Shown piece by piece: positions 24,168-35,109 of a stretch of 64,000 nt of DNA. How positions within the stretch are numbered: the stretch's first letter is position 1; each line of letters begins with the position of its first letter. Origin of the DNA: an uncultured Clostridia bacterium (GTDB lineage Bacteria; Bacillota; Clostridia; Christensenellales; Borkfalkiaceae); contig CAMWME010000007.1 of the NCBI GenBank assembly GCA_947175325.1, forward strand, positions 6,657 to 70,656, given 5' to 3'. The notes under the pieces were generated by a model, which was not told the DNA's origin, did no database searches, and saw only the letters and a program-made list of their open reading frames with translations. Both the position numbers and the translations under genes were made by a program.

Positions 24168-25082
24168 ATGAACGGCGGAAATCTCTTTGTAAAACACAAT
24201 TCCCATATCGGCGGGTTTGCTTTAAGCCTTGCCGCAATTTTGTACGTTTTCGTCGGACTGTTAATCAGCCTAATTATAACCCTTGCCGGTATCGGACAAA
24301 AAACCGACGCGTACCTCTATTTAAACTACCTTGCCGCACCCATCGCAATGTCGGCGGCAATGGCAATAACTTTAAAATTCAAAAAATTCCCCGTCAAAAG
24401 GGCGTACCCCGCAGCGTGCCACCCCAAATACTTTTTAATAGCTTTGCTATTAATTTTCGGGCTTATCTTTTCGGTAAGCTGGATAGATACGGGCGTAACC
24501 GAGTTTTTAAAGCTCTTGGGCTATAAGCCGAAAGAAATGGACTCATACCTTCCCAATCTTTCGGGCGGGCTTATCGTTCCCGCGCTTTTGGTAATCGCCG
24601 TTATGCCCGCTATCTTCGAAGAGGGGCTTTTCCGCGGCGTCATCTTAAATACTTGTGAAGACGGCGTCGGCACAATCCGCACCGTATTTATCGTCGGTTT
24701 TGCGTTCTCGCTTTTCCACGCCTCGGCCGAGCAGACGGTCTATCAGTTCCTTGCGGGTTGTGCGTTCGCGTTTATCGCAATACGCGCCGGCTCTATTTTA
24801 CCGTCGGTATTAATGCACTTTATCAATAACGCAATTATAATTATCTTCGCCGCGTGCGGACTTTTGGACGAGGCGGGTAACCTTATAATTTCCACTGGCG
24901 GACAAATCGCATTAATAGTAACTTCAGCGGTTGCCTTCATAGGCGGTATGGTCTGGCTCGTTCTCGATAAAAAGCCGCTTATAAAGTGCACCAAAGGCTC
25001 CGTTGCAGCGTTCTTCGCGTACGGCTCCGTCGGCATAGCCATTATGGGCTTAATGTGGATACTCTCGTTTTTTATTAGGTAA
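24168..25082 (+). CDS. CPBP-family (CAAX-type) intramembrane glutamic endopeptidase
   Basis: EEGLFRG, FSLFHAS and MHFINN motifs in a polytopic membrane protein. Confidence 0.8.
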   Translation: MNGGNLFVKHNSHIGGFALSLAAILYVFVGLLISLIITLAGIGQKTDAYLYLNYLAAPIAMSAAMAITLKFKKFPVKRAYPAACHPKYFLIALLLIFGLIFSVSWIDTGVTEFLKLLGYKPKEMDSYLPNLSGGLIVPALLVIAVMPAIFEEGLFRGVILNTCEDGVGTIRTVFIVGFAFSLFHASAEQTVYQFLAGCAFAFIAIRAGSILPSVLMHFINNAIIIIFAACGLLDEAGNLIISTGGQIALIVTSAVAFIGGMVWLVLDKKPLIKCTKGSVAAFFAYGSVGIAIMGLMWILSFFIR

Positions 25083-25084
25083 GT

Positions 25085-25522
25085 ATGCAAAAAATCAATA
25101 TAGTTTGCGTCGGTAAAATCAAAGAGGACTTTTACCGTAACGCCGTAACCGAATATTTAAAACGCCTTTCCCGCTTTGCAAAGGTAGAGGTCAAGGAAAT
25201 TGCCGAAGGCAAGGACTTGGAGGAAGAAGCTCAAGGCATCTTACGCGCCGCAAAGGGACATATTATCGCGCTTTGCGTTGAGGGTACTAAGCTTTCAAGC
25301 GAGGAGCTTTCAAAACGCATAAAAACTCTGTGCGACAAGGGCGAGGAAATAACCTTCATAATCGGCTCGTCTTGCGGTCTTTCGGACGCCGTCAAAAAGG
25401 AGGCGGACTTCAAGCTTTCCTTTTCGGATATGACCTTCCCGCACCAGTTAATGCGCGTAATTTTATGCGAGCAAATCTACCGCGCGTTTATGATAAACAG
25501 TGGCAGTACCTATCACAAGTAA
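25085..25522 (+). CDS. rlmH: 23S rRNA (pseudouridine1915-N3)-methyltransferase RlmH (SPOUT)
   Basis: About 145 aa, starting MQKINIVCVGKIKE..YL.R. C-terminal FPHQLMRVIL.EQIYRA. Confidence 0.85.
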   Translation: MQKINIVCVGKIKEDFYRNAVTEYLKRLSRFAKVEVKEIAEGKDLEEEAQGILRAAKGHIIALCVEGTKLSSEELSKRIKTLCDKGEEITFIIGSSCGLSDAVKKEADFKLSFSDMTFPHQLMRVILCEQIYRAFMINSGSTYHK

Positions 25523-25554
25523 TCAAATTTATCTTCAAATCATACCTTATAGGT

Positions 25555-26286
25555 ATGATATACGATGAAGTTTCAAAGTTCTACAAAGACTATCAGTTCA
25601 AAAAATGCGTAATAGGCTATTCGTGCGCCGGCAAAGAAATTTACGCTTTTCATATCGGCGCGGAAACGGGCAGACAGTTTATCGCCGTCTACGCCGTCCA
25701 CGCTCGTGAATGGATAACGGCACGCCTTGCCTTAAAGCATATTAAAAAGGGCTTAAAAAGCGGCGGCGGTTGGGTAATACCTTTACTTAATCCCGACGGC
25801 GTCGTATTGTCCGAAACTACTTTCCCCCTATGGAAAGCCAACGGCAGAGGTGTGGACTTAAACTGCAACTTCGACGCCGATTGGGGCAGCGGCAGATTAA
25901 ACACCCGCGTTCGCGGCGGCGAAAACTGCATTGGCGATTATCCGTTTTCCGAACCCGAAACCATAGCCCTTCGTGACTTCACCGAAAAAGTCCGCCCCTT
26001 CGTAACCTTAAGCTTCCACACCAAGGGCGAAGAAATTTATTGGGAGTACGCCGGCAGAGGCGATATCCGCGGCGCAAATATAATAAACGCCGTTACGGGA
26101 TATAAGGTCAAGCGCATTTACGGCTCGGCGGGCGGCTATAAGGATTGGTGCATACAAAAGCTTAAAATACCCGCCTACACCATAGAGTGCGGCTCCGACG
26201 ACTTAACGCACCCCATAACCGAGCTTAAAAAATTAAAAAAATGTTACAAACTGTTAAAAATCTTTTTTGAAAACTATGGCAAATAA
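25555..26286 (+). CDS. M14-family zinc carboxypeptidase (gamma-D-glutamyl-diamino-acid peptidase-like)
   Basis: HAREWIT zinc motif (HxxE), NPDG, and a downstream H ligand region (SFHTKGEEI). The start is set at ATG 25555, after the rlmH stop. The ORF-track start at 25330 overlaps rlmH. Confidence 0.7.
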   Translation: MIYDEVSKFYKDYQFKKCVIGYSCAGKEIYAFHIGAETGRQFIAVYAVHAREWITARLALKHIKKGLKSGGGWVIPLLNPDGVVLSETTFPLWKANGRGVDLNCNFDADWGSGRLNTRVRGGENCIGDYPFSEPETIALRDFTEKVRPFVTLSFHTKGEEIYWEYAGRGDIRGANIINAVTGYKVKRIYGSAGGYKDWCIQKLKIPAYTIECGSDDLTHPITELKKLKKCYKLLKIFFENYGK

Positions 26287-26740
26287 ATTTATGAAAGCTG
26301 CGCTCAAATGCGCGCAAAAAGGTCTTGAAGAGGGCGAAGTTCCCATCGGCGCGGTAGTCGTGTGCGACGGGAAAATTATCTCCCGCGGACACAACAGAAG
26401 AACAAAGCGCCAAATCGCAACCGCTCACGCGGAAGTCGAGGCTATCGAAAAGGCTTGTAAAAAACTCAAAAGCTGGCGCATACCCGAGTGTGAAATCTAC
26501 GTTACGCTCGAGCCTTGCCCCATGTGTATGGGCGCAATGCTCAACGCCCGCATAAAAAAGGTATATTTCGGCGCGTACGAGGCAAAGGGTCGGTCGCTCA
26601 CCGCAGAGCTTGCAAACGCCAACCTCGTTAACCACGTCATCGAAGTCGAAGGCGGAGTTATGGAAGAGGAATGTTCGCAGATTTTGTCAACTTTTTTCAA
26701 GGAAATGCGCGGGCGTATCAAAGATAAAAGCGAAAATTAA
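26267..26740 (+). CDS. tadA: tRNA adenosine(34) deaminase
   Basis: HAEVEAI and PCPMCMGA zinc-binding motifs. The start is uncertain (TTG 26267 or ATG 26276). Confidence 0.9.
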   Translation: MKTMANKFMKAALKCAQKGLEEGEVPIGAVVVCDGKIISRGHNRRTKRQIATAHAEVEAIEKACKKLKSWRIPECEIYVTLEPCPMCMGAMLNARIKKVYFGAYEAKGRSLTAELANANLVNHVIEVEGGVMEEECSQILSTFFKEMRGRIKDKSEN

Positions 26741-26755
26741 AACTTTTTAATTTAG

Positions 26756-26784
26756 TTGACTTTATTTATTGTAAATAATACAAT
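26756..26784 (+). promoter_or_regulatory. SigA-type promoter upstream of prs
   Basis: TTGACT, 17-nt spacer, TACAAT. Confidence 0.5.
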
Positions 26785-26859
26785 AAAAATGCGCGGATTG
26801 GCGCACGACTCGTTAGGGCAAACTCTCTTAAAAAATTAAATCGCATCGGAGGAAACATA

Positions 26860-27807
26860 GTGATTAACCACGGAAACGAAATTAAAATCTTTTCGGGCAA
26901 CTCTAACAAACCCCTTGCCGAGAAAATTGCGGCTAAATTGAACACGACTCTCGGCGATATGGAAATAACGCACTTTTCCGACGGCGAAATTTACGTTCGC
27001 TTTAACGAAGCTATCCGCGGTATGGACGTTTTCCTTATTCAGTCCACAAGCTATCCCGTAAACGTAAATCTTATGGAGCTTTTCATTATGATTGACGCGG
27101 CAAAGCGTGCAAGCGCGGGCAGAATTACTGCGGTTATTCCCTATTTCGGCTACGCCCGTCAAGACAGAAAAGCCCGTTCCCGTGAACCCATCACCGCAAA
27201 ACTCGTTGCCAACCTTTTAACCAGCGCGGGCGCGGATAGGGTACTTACGATGGATTTACACTGCGCGCAAATTCAGGGCTTCTTCGATATCCCGTTGGAC
27301 AACCTCGTCGGCGGGCCGACCCTTTACAATTACTTTAAACCCAAGGTTGACGATAATTTCGTCGTGGTTTCCCCCGACATCGGTTCTGTTTCCCGTGCAA
27401 GAAAGGTTGCAACGCGTATGGACGCACAGCTTGCAATTATAGATAAGCGCCGTCCCAAAGCCAACGAAATGGAAGTTATGAACATTATCGGTGACGTCAA
27501 AGGCAAAAACTGCCTTATGGTCGACGATATGATAGATACCGCGGGCACTATCGTTCAAGGAGCAAAGGCGCTCAAAGAGGCGGGGGCAAAAGCAATTTAC
27601 GCTTGCTGCTCGCACGGCGTTCTTTCGGGCCCCGCAATCGAAAGGCTTGCCACCTCGCCCATTGACGAGCTTGCAATTTTGGACACAATCGATATCCCCC
27701 AAGAAAAGATATTGCCTTTCTTCAAAATAATTTCCACGGCGCAAATCTTTGCCTCGGCTATCGAGAACGTCTATCTTGATAAATCAATGTCAAAAATTTA
27801 CGACTAA
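26860..27807 (+). CDS. prs: Ribose-phosphate pyrophosphokinase
   Basis: GTG start after a [18 protein letters not shown] and DLH motifs, plus the PRPP-binding loop [11 protein letters not shown]. Confidence 0.95.
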   Translation: MINHGNEIKIFSGNSNKPLAEKIAAKLNTTLGDMEITHFSDGEIYVRFNEAIRGMDVFLIQSTSYPVNVNLMELFIMIDAAKRASAGRITAVIPYFGYARQDRKARSREPITAKLVANLLTSAGADRVLTMDLHCAQIQGFFDIPLDNLVGGPTLYNYFKPKVDDNFVVVSPDIGSVSRARKVATRMDAQLAIIDKRRPKANEMEVMNIIGDVKGKNCLMVDDMIDTAGTIVQGAKALKEAGAKAIYACCSHGVLSGPAIERLATSPIDELAILDTIDIPQEKILPFFKIISTAQIFASAIENVYLDKSMSKIYD

Positions 27808-27855
27808 TTTAAAACGAAAGCCGCGTAAATAAGCGCGGCTTTTTTAAAGGAAAGT

Positions 27856-28419
27856 ATGTTTATTATAGTAGGATTAGGCAACCCCGAAGAAAAGTATTTA
27901 AAAACTTTTCACAATATGGGTTATATCGCCGTCGGCGAGGTTGCCGCAAAGCTCGGTGTAAAATTCAAAAAGAAGGAGTGCGAGGCGTTTACTGCCGAAG
28001 CCAACTTGGGCGGTGAGAAGGTCATTCTTGCCCGCCCCGTAACTTACATGAATGCAAGCGGTCGCGCGGTCAAACAACTCCTTGCAAAATACAAGACGGA
28101 CGAGGAGCACCTCATAGTTTTGTACGACGATTACGATATCCCCAAGGGGAGTGTAAGGATACGTCCTTCGGGCAGTGCGGGCACGCATAACGGAATGCGC
28201 TCGATAATTGCAGAAATCGGGACGCAGAACTTCACCCGTATAAGAATAGGTATCCGTGACAGTGAGGTAAATATTCCCATAATAAACTACGTTTTGTCCG
28301 AAGTAAGAAGGGAAGACTACGACTTGTTTATAGCCTCTTGCGGTAGGGCGGCAGACGCGGCAATAACCATTGCAAAGGGTGATACAGTCGAAAACGCAAT
28401 GACCAAGTTTAATGGGTAA
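27856..28419 (+). CDS. pth: Peptidyl-tRNA hydrolase
   Basis: IVGLGNPEEKY..T.HN.G and GTHNGMRS motifs. Confidence 0.93.
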   Translation: MFIIVGLGNPEEKYLKTFHNMGYIAVGEVAAKLGVKFKKKECEAFTAEANLGGEKVILARPVTYMNASGRAVKQLLAKYKTDEEHLIVLYDDYDIPKGSVRIRPSGSAGTHNGMRSIIAEIGTQNFTRIRIGIRDSEVNIPIINYVLSEVRREDYDLFIASCGRAADAAITIAKGDTVENAMTKFNG

Positions 28420-28479
28420 ATTGCGATAGACCCCCATATATGCCTTAAATAACGCACTTTTTTATCAAGGATAACGCAC

Positions 28480-31400
28480 TTGATTAAAGATTTTTTCAGC
28501 TTTAAAAATTTAACGGGTGATTACGCTGCCCTTGAAAACGATATCCGCCTCGGCACGCCGACGGCGGCTTTTGGCTTGTTCGATTCGCATAAATACTTGC
28601 TTGCGGCTTTACCCGAGCAGCAAGTCATTTACGTAACTGCGGACGGCATAGCGGCACAGAACGCTTATAACTCTATTTCGGTATTAAGCGGCAAAAAATG
28701 CGCCCTTTTAACCGCCAAGGACGAGGTCATTTTATATAAGGACGCACTCTCTAAGGATGCGCTTTACCGCCGTATTTCAGCAATTTACTCTATGCTCAAC
28801 GGGGCGGAAGTGGTGGTTGCCGATATAGAAGCTATAATGCAGCTTTTCCCCGCAAAGATAGAGGCTATTCACCTCAAAACGGGTGAGGACTACGACTATT
28901 CCGCACTCCCCCAAAAGCTCGTAAAAATGGGATACACCCGCGAATATGCCGCAGATACGCGCGGTTGCTTTGCCGTTCGCGGCGATATTTTAGAGGTTTT
29001 CCCTATAAATTCCGAAAACCCCGTCCGTATAGATTTCTTCGGCGATACGGTTGAAAAAATCCGCCCGTTTGACTCCGTCAGCGGTGAAAGGCTGGAAGAA
29101 ATTTCTGCCGTTTCAGTAGTTTCTGCAACCGACGCGGTGATTTTACCCGAAGAAAAGACGAAAATAATAAACGAGCTTACGGCACAAGTCAAAAAATCGC
29201 CCGATGCAAAAGCCTACGAAAGGGCGAAAAAAATTGCCGACGACGTAGCCGAAAAGCTTAGTCAAAACGGCACTTTTTCGGGCGCTTCGTTTTTGATGCC
29301 ACTACTTAATTGCACCCGTAATATATTCGATTTAACGGGGGATAACGCGCTTTTTGTCTTCGACGAATGTAAGAGTATCAATGACAGAATGGACGGTATT
29401 TACAAAGAGCATACCGAGCGCGTTTCCGACCTTAAAAAGGGCGGTGAGGCGTTCGCCTTTTCCCAACGTCAACTTATATCGCCGGAAGTCTTGATTGAAG
29501 GTTTTAAAAAGTATAGGTGCCTTGCACTTCAAGTCTTCACTTCGTCAACGGCGTTTTTCCGCCCCTTAAAAACCTACGACTTCCACGCAACGCCAGCGCC
29601 GTCCTATCTCAACGCTATGCCTCAGCTCGTAACCGATATAAAGGGCTGGCTTGCAAACGGTTACCGCGTGCTCGCGTTCACTGGCAACTTGCAGCGCTTT
29701 GAAAAACTTTCTTCTATCCTTACGGACGAGTACTTGCCCGTTTACCCCGTGCCCGACAGACTTCAAGCCTTGCACGGCGTTTCGGTAAGTTCTGAAGAGC
29801 TTGCCCACGGGCTCATCCTTCATGATAATAAATTCGTAATCATTGGCAGCGGCGATATCTACACCAAGTCCGTTACAAAGCGGATAAAAAAGCGTAGGGG
29901 CGATATGTTCGTTTCGCCCGAAATCGGTGACTACTGCGTGCACGAAAAGCACGGCATAGGCAAAATTACGGGCACGCAAAAAATCGAAACTACAGACGGA
30001 ATAAAGGAATATCTGTCAATCGAATACAAGGGCGGAGATACCCTTTACGTTCCCGTAGAGCAAATGGACGTACTTTCTAAGTACGTCGGCGACGCGAACC
30101 CCGCGCTTTCCAAAATCGGCGGCGCAGACTTCGAGAGGGTAAAGGAGCGCGTTAAGCAGTCGATAAAAAAGCTTGCGTTCGACTTAAAAGAGCTGTACGC
30201 CGAAAGACAAGCGAAGCACGGCTTTTGCTTCCCCGAAAACACGGTAATGATGCAAGAGTTCGAGGACGCCTTTTCCTATGAGGAAACCCCCGACCAGCTC
30301 ACTTCGATAGAAGAAATAAAAGCCGATATGTGTTCGGATAAGGTTATGGATAGGCTCCTTTGCGGCGACGTCGGCTACGGCAAAACCGAGGTTGCCCTCC
30401 GCGCAGTTTATCTGTGCGTACTCGGCGGCAAGCAAGCGGCAATAATGTGCCCCAGCACCGTGCTTTCCGAACAGCACTACCACACGGCGGTAGAGCGTTT
30501 CAAAGAGTTCGGTGTAAGGGTAGAGGCGTTAAACCGCTTCAAAACGCCCGCACAGCAAGCAAAAATTTTAAACGAGCTTGCAAACGGCAATATCGACCTT
30601 ATCGTCGGCACCCATAGGCTGCTTTCAAAGGACGTCAACTTTTACGACCTCGGCTTGCTCGTTCTCGACGAGGAACAACGCTTCGGCGTCGAGCATAAAG
30701 AAAAAATCAAAAACGTCAAAAAGAATATCGACTGCCTCACTATGACGGCAACTCCCATACCCCGCACCTTGCATATGTCGCTTGCGGGTATCCGCGATAT
30801 TTCCACTATCAACACACCGCCCTTAAAGCGGCTGCCCGTCCAAACCTACGTAGTAGAGGAAAGCGAAACCTTAATCCGCGACGCTTGCATCCGCGAAATT
30901 TCAAGGGGCGGCCAAGTGTTCATTTTGTACAACCGCGTCGAAAGCATTTCGTCCTTCGCGGGCAGAATTGCCGAAATTATCCCCGAAGCCAAAGTCACTT
31001 ACGCCCACGGCAGAATGGATAGGGACATTCTCGAAAACGCAGTCTTTTCCTTCTATCGCGGTGAGAAGAATATTTTAGTTACCACGACCATAATCGAAAA
31101 CGGCATAGATCTTCCCAACGCAAACACGATAATCGTCATCGACGCAGACCGCCTTGGTATCTCACAGCTCTATCAGCTCCGCGGCAGAGTAGGTAGGGGC
31201 TCCCGCCTTGCACAAGCCTACTTCACGTTCAAACCGTCAAAGGTTTTAACCAGCGACGCGGCGGAACGCCTCAAAGCCATTATGCGTTTTACCGAACTCG
31301 GCTCGGGCTTTAAAATTGCCATGCGCGACCTTGAAATCCGCGGCGCGGGTAACGTCCTCGGCGCGGAACAGCACGGGCATATGGACAAAGTCGGATACGA

Positions 31401-31893
31401 GCTGTACTCCAAGCTTTTGAAGGAAGAGCTCACCGGCGACAAACAACTGTCAACCGAGCTTGACGTAAAAGCTACCGCCTACATACCGGAGGCGTATATC
31501 GAAAGCAGTGCGGGTAGGCTCGACTGCTACAAGCAAATTGCCGAAATCCGTTCGGTCGAAGACTATAAACGCGTATGCCTTTCCATAGAGGACAACTACG
31601 GCCCCATGCCCGAAGAGGTTCTAAACCTCTTAATTATCGCCGTCTTGAAGTCCTTTGCGGCAAAATTCAACGTTAAAAAGATTTGCGTTGACAGCACCGA
31701 AGGCTCTTTCGAGCTTCCCTCGATTAACTCGCTAAGCGACGATAGGCTTTCCGCCGCACTCGACAAATACCGTCAAAGCGTAAAGCTTTCTATGGCAAAA
31801 GCGCCGCTCGTCATCTTTGCGCCGCGTTCGTCGCCCGCAAAAACCATGCTGGATATGACCAAATTTCTTAAATTTGCCCTCAGTTTCGGCTAA
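28480..31893 (+). CDS. mfd: Transcription-repair coupling factor
   Basis: 1137 aa. CarD-like RNAP-interaction domain (GDYCVHEKHGIG), superfamily 2 helicase motifs (GDVGYGKTEVA, DEEQRFG), TRG motif, and C-terminal D7 domain. It follows pth, as is usual in Firmicutes. Confidence 0.95.
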   Translation: MIKDFFSFKNLTGDYAALENDIRLGTPTAAFGLFDSHKYLLAALPEQQVIYVTADGIAAQNAYNSISVLSGKKCALLTAKDEVILYKDALSKDALYRRISAIYSMLNGAEVVVADIEAIMQLFPAKIEAIHLKTGEDYDYSALPQKLVKMGYTREYAADTRGCFAVRGDILEVFPINSENPVRIDFFGDTVEKIRPFDSVSGERLEEISAVSVVSATDAVILPEEKTKIINELTAQVKKSPDAKAYERAKKIADDVAEKLSQNGTFSGASFLMPLLNCTRNIFDLTGDNALFVFDECKSINDRMDGIYKEHTERVSDLKKGGEAFAFSQRQLISPEVLIEGFKKYRCLALQVFTSSTAFFRPLKTYDFHATPAPSYLNAMPQLVTDIKGWLANGYRVLAFTGNLQRFEKLSSILTDEYLPVYPVPDRLQALHGVSVSSEELAHGLILHDNKFVIIGSGDIYTKSVTKRIKKRRGDMFVSPEIGDYCVHEKHGIGKITGTQKIETTDGIKEYLSIEYKGGDTLYVPVEQMDVLSKYVGDANPALSKIGGADFERVKERVKQSIKKLAFDLKELYAERQAKHGFCFPENTVMMQEFEDAFSYEETPDQLTSIEEIKADMCSDKVMDRLLCGDVGYGKTEVALRAVYLCVLGGKQAAIMCPSTVLSEQHYHTAVERFKEFGVRVEALNRFKTPAQQAKILNELANGNIDLIVGTHRLLSKDVNFYDLGLLVLDEEQRFGVEHKEKIKNVKKNIDCLTMTATPIPRTLHMSLAGIRDISTINTPPLKRLPVQTYVVEESETLIRDACIREISRGGQVFILYNRVESISSFAGRIAEIIPEAKVTYAHGRMDRDILENAVFSFYRGEKNILVTTTIIENGIDLPNANTIIVIDADRLGISQLYQLRGRVGRGSRLAQAYFTFKPSKVLTSDAAERLKAIMRFTELGSGFKIAMRDLEIRGAGNVLGAEQHGHMDKVGYELYSKLLKEELTGDKQLSTELDVKATAYIPEAYIESSAGRLDCYKQIAEIRSVEDYKRVCLSIEDNYGPMPEEVLNLLIIAVLKSFAAKFNVKKICVDSTEGSFELPSINSLSDDRLSAALDKYRQSVKLSMAKAPLVIFAPRSSPAKTMLDMTKFLKFALSFG

Positions 31894-31974
31894 AATCGGT
31901 TGCGTATTTTTATTTAGCGTTATATAATAGTATTTAGATTTTTTTAATGCACGTAAATTTTTGGAGCAAAAATT

Positions 31975-34218
31975 ATGAAAAAGAAAAGTATTGTATGCGG
32001 AGTTCTTGCCTCGTCTATCGTTATTGCTGCAACCTTCGGCGGCTGTTCGCTCGTGTCAACCAATACCGCGGCTGATATGAATCAGACGATTGCAACGGTA
32101 GATATTTCCAAGGCGGCTAAGTTCAATGCGGAATTCGGCGACTATGCAAGCGCAGTGGGCGAAACCAACATCATAAAAAGGGAGCTCGTCGCATACTTTA
32201 TAAACTACGGATACTCCGTTTATCAACAAAGCGATAAATCTTACGAAAAAACCTTCAACACGCTTTTAGACCAACTCGTTGATAACGCGGTGCTCGTTCA
32301 GTATTCCACGCTGTACCTTTTGAAGGAAAAGGCAACGAATACGGCAAACGAAGGTTGGTACGACGCCAACGCGCTTGAAACCTATAAAAGCTTGGAAGGC
32401 AACGTAGAAAAGTACGAGTATCTTCTCGGCGGAGAGGACAGTGAGGACGTAAGGATTGCAAAATACAATCTTTACTACTCGATAAATTCCGCTATCGACG
32501 CTCAAGAAAAGGAAATTTTAGACGAAGATACTTCGTCTAACGGAACCGGTACGCGCACCGCTCCCGGCGGAGTAGATACGCAGAAGGACAACTATTATCC
32601 TCAGAATGAAGACGGCAGCCTTAATTATAAAATCTACACGGGTTACGCGGGCTACCAGCTTCAAGACAGCGGCGCGTACGAAAAAGACAAGCTCGAAGGC
32701 ACCACCAACGCAACGCGTATCGCTGCTTACACCGAGTTTATTTCCAACCTCGAGGATTCGTCTTACAACCTCGTTGATTCCAAGAAAGAAGATTTACGCA
32801 AGGTTACCGACTTGAATTATATCCAATACGAGTACGTCAACCAGCTTCAACAGCGTATAATCAACAAGTATTACGACGTTTACGAGAAAAAGCAAGAAGA
32901 CGCCTTGAAAGACCTCAATAAAGAGGAGAGCAAGCATTACTCCACCATACAAGCTTATTACGACAACTTGCTTGCTTCGGATACGGAAAACTACAAGAAG
33001 GAAAGCAATTTCACTTCCGCTATGGATAGCATGTCCGACACCTCTTTCGTGCTTTACGCACCTAAAACCGAGGATACAGATAACGGCGGTAGGTTCGGCT
33101 ACGTTTACAACATTTTGCTTCCGTTCAGCGATTCTCAAAGCGACGAATTGAAAAAGCTTCAATCGTTGTATGCAGACAGCGACCTTGACGGCGGCTACAA
33201 ACCTCAATACTACGTTGAAAGAAATAATCTTTTGAATTCTATCGAAACAACCGACCAGCGCGCGGCTTGGTTCAACGGCGAAACCGAATACGCCTTCAAC
33301 GCCAAAGAAGCTAAGGTAGCGGACTATTTCGGGAAGGAAGACGAGAAGGACGCTTGGCTGTTCTTTGAAAACAACGTTTCCAAGCCCGACAAGTACGAGC
33401 CTTTGGATAAATACGCCGGCTTGTATCCCTATAACGGCACCGTCGTTGAAAAGGAAGACGACTATATTCTCGTTCCCAACAAACTCAAAATCAACGATAT
33501 GCTTGACGAGTTCGTTGCGTATATCGACTACGTAATGGGCAACACGAAGGGCACCACCTCCTACAATAAAACCCAAGTCAATAACTACGGCAAGGATTTG
33601 GCAACTAATCTTTATTCCGACAAACAGATAAACGGCAAAGACGTTATTGATTACTCCAACTTCGTTTACACCACCGGTAAAGTTGGTTTCGGTGAAAACA
33701 ACTCCGAAGCCTACAATAGGGCAAACCTTCTCTGGAAGGACAGCGCGCAGTACAAAGCGTTAAGCGCGGTAAACGAGCTTCAATACGCTTACACAACCGA
33801 TACTGGCGTGCTTTCGCAGTATCTCGGCTATTCCGTGCAAGCCGGCGACACGAACTACATTAAAGAGTTCGAATACGCCGCACATCTTGCAATTGCCGGT
33901 GATGCCGATAAAGGTATCGAAGGTGGAGCGGGTTCTTACGTGGTTTGCGCCGGCGATTACGGTTGGCACTTAATCTACGTTACCTATACTTTCGACGTGG
34001 ACGAAGCTCAATACGGTGAAAAACCCGATTGGGCAAACAACATCGGTAAAGAAGGCACTTTCGAAAATCTTTTCTACGAATATTACAAGAGCCAAGAGCT
34101 CCCCAACATAAGCACGGAAACGAGAAATCGCATCATTACCGATTTCAAGGGCGACACGACCGTAACGAAGTACGAATCAGCGTATAAAAATTTATTCGAG
34201 CTTGACAAGAAAAATTAA
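31975..34218 (+). CDS. Large lipoprotein, SurA/PrsA-like context; function uncertain
   Basis: Lipobox ATFGG-C. It occupies the position after mfd where Clostridia often encode a PrsA-like foldase. Only a weak parvulin-like remnant is visible (GDYGWHLIYV). Confidence 0.4.
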   Translation: MKKKSIVCGVLASSIVIAATFGGCSLVSTNTAADMNQTIATVDISKAAKFNAEFGDYASAVGETNIIKRELVAYFINYGYSVYQQSDKSYEKTFNTLLDQLVDNAVLVQYSTLYLLKEKATNTANEGWYDANALETYKSLEGNVEKYEYLLGGEDSEDVRIAKYNLYYSINSAIDAQEKEILDEDTSSNGTGTRTAPGGVDTQKDNYYPQNEDGSLNYKIYTGYAGYQLQDSGAYEKDKLEGTTNATRIAAYTEFISNLEDSSYNLVDSKKEDLRKVTDLNYIQYEYVNQLQQRIINKYYDVYEKKQEDALKDLNKEESKHYSTIQAYYDNLLASDTENYKKESNFTSAMDSMSDTSFVLYAPKTEDTDNGGRFGYVYNILLPFSDSQSDELKKLQSLYADSDLDGGYKPQYYVERNNLLNSIETTDQRAAWFNGETEYAFNAKEAKVADYFGKEDEKDAWLFFENNVSKPDKYEPLDKYAGLYPYNGTVVEKEDDYILVPNKLKINDMLDEFVAYIDYVMGNTKGTTSYNKTQVNNYGKDLATNLYSDKQINGKDVIDYSNFVYTTGKVGFGENNSEAYNRANLLWKDSAQYKALSAVNELQYAYTTDTGVLSQYLGYSVQAGDTNYIKEFEYAAHLAIAGDADKGIEGGAGSYVVCAGDYGWHLIYVTYTFDVDEAQYGEKPDWANNIGKEGTFENLFYEYYKSQELPNISTETRNRIITDFKGDTTVTKYESAYKNLFELDKKN

Positions 34219-34227
34219 GGCTAATCT

Positions 34228-35058
34228 ATGGAAATTTGGCAAGCGGTATTTCTCGGCTTAGTGCAAGGTTTGACGGAATTCTTACCGGTATCTTCGTCGG
34301 GGCACATTGCGTTTTACAACGCGATTTTTAGCAGTACGACGGGCAGTGAAATCGACGTAATGTTTTTCACCGTAATACTTCACCTCGGCACGCTCGTGGC
34401 GGTGTGCGTAGTATTTTGGAAGGACATAATTGCGCTTTTCAAAAAGCCGTTTAAAACGCTGGGGCTTTTGGTGCTTGCCTCTGTTCCCGCCGCAGTGGTG
34501 GGGGTAATAATAGAAGCTTGCGGGCTTGACGATATCCTTCTTGCCAGAAATTGCGTCGGAATAGTTTTGTCGGTTTTATTCCTCGTTACGGCAGCTTTAT
34601 TGTTCGTAACGGAATTCGTGGCGAAACGCCGTGAAAGCGTTTTGCCGCTTTGCATAAAAACGGCGCTGCCGATGGGCTTTGCTCAAGCCGTTGCGGTTCT
34701 TCCCGGTATCTCGCGTAGCGGTTCAACTATCTGCGCCGGCACCTTGGCGGGCTGCAATAGGGAGGACGTTGCAAAATTCTCATTCCTAATGAGTATCCCT
34801 ATAATTTTGGGCGGCTTCTTCGTGGAGCTTGCCTTGGGACTTTACAAGGGTGAAATTCAGCAAAACTTCACCGACTACGGCGCCACCTTGGGTTGGTGCG
34901 TTGCACTCGGTTTCATAATCTCGGCAGTGGCGGGGCTTTTCGCAATAAAGGTCATGCTTAAAGCCATTAAAAAAGCAAATTACAAATGGTTCAGCTTGTA
35001 CCTCGTCTTAATGTCGATAACGAGCCTCGTTCTGCAATTCACAGTTTTTAACGCATAA
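34228..35058 (+). CDS. uppP: Undecaprenyl-diphosphate phosphatase
   Basis: LGLVQGLTEFLPVSSSGH and PGISRSG motifs. Confidence 0.93.
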   Translation: MEIWQAVFLGLVQGLTEFLPVSSSGHIAFYNAIFSSTTGSEIDVMFFTVILHLGTLVAVCVVFWKDIIALFKKPFKTLGLLVLASVPAAVVGVIIEACGLDDILLARNCVGIVLSVLFLVTAALLFVTEFVAKRRESVLPLCIKTALPMGFAQAVAVLPGISRSGSTICAGTLAGCNREDVAKFSFLMSIPIILGGFFVELALGLYKGEIQQNFTDYGATLGWCVALGFIISAVAGLFAIKVMLKAIKKANYKWFSLYLVLMSITSLVLQFTVFNA

Positions 35059-35109
35059 AAAAAGGGCGGCTTCAAGCCGCCTTTTTATATAATATTGAAA
35101 GGAGCACTA

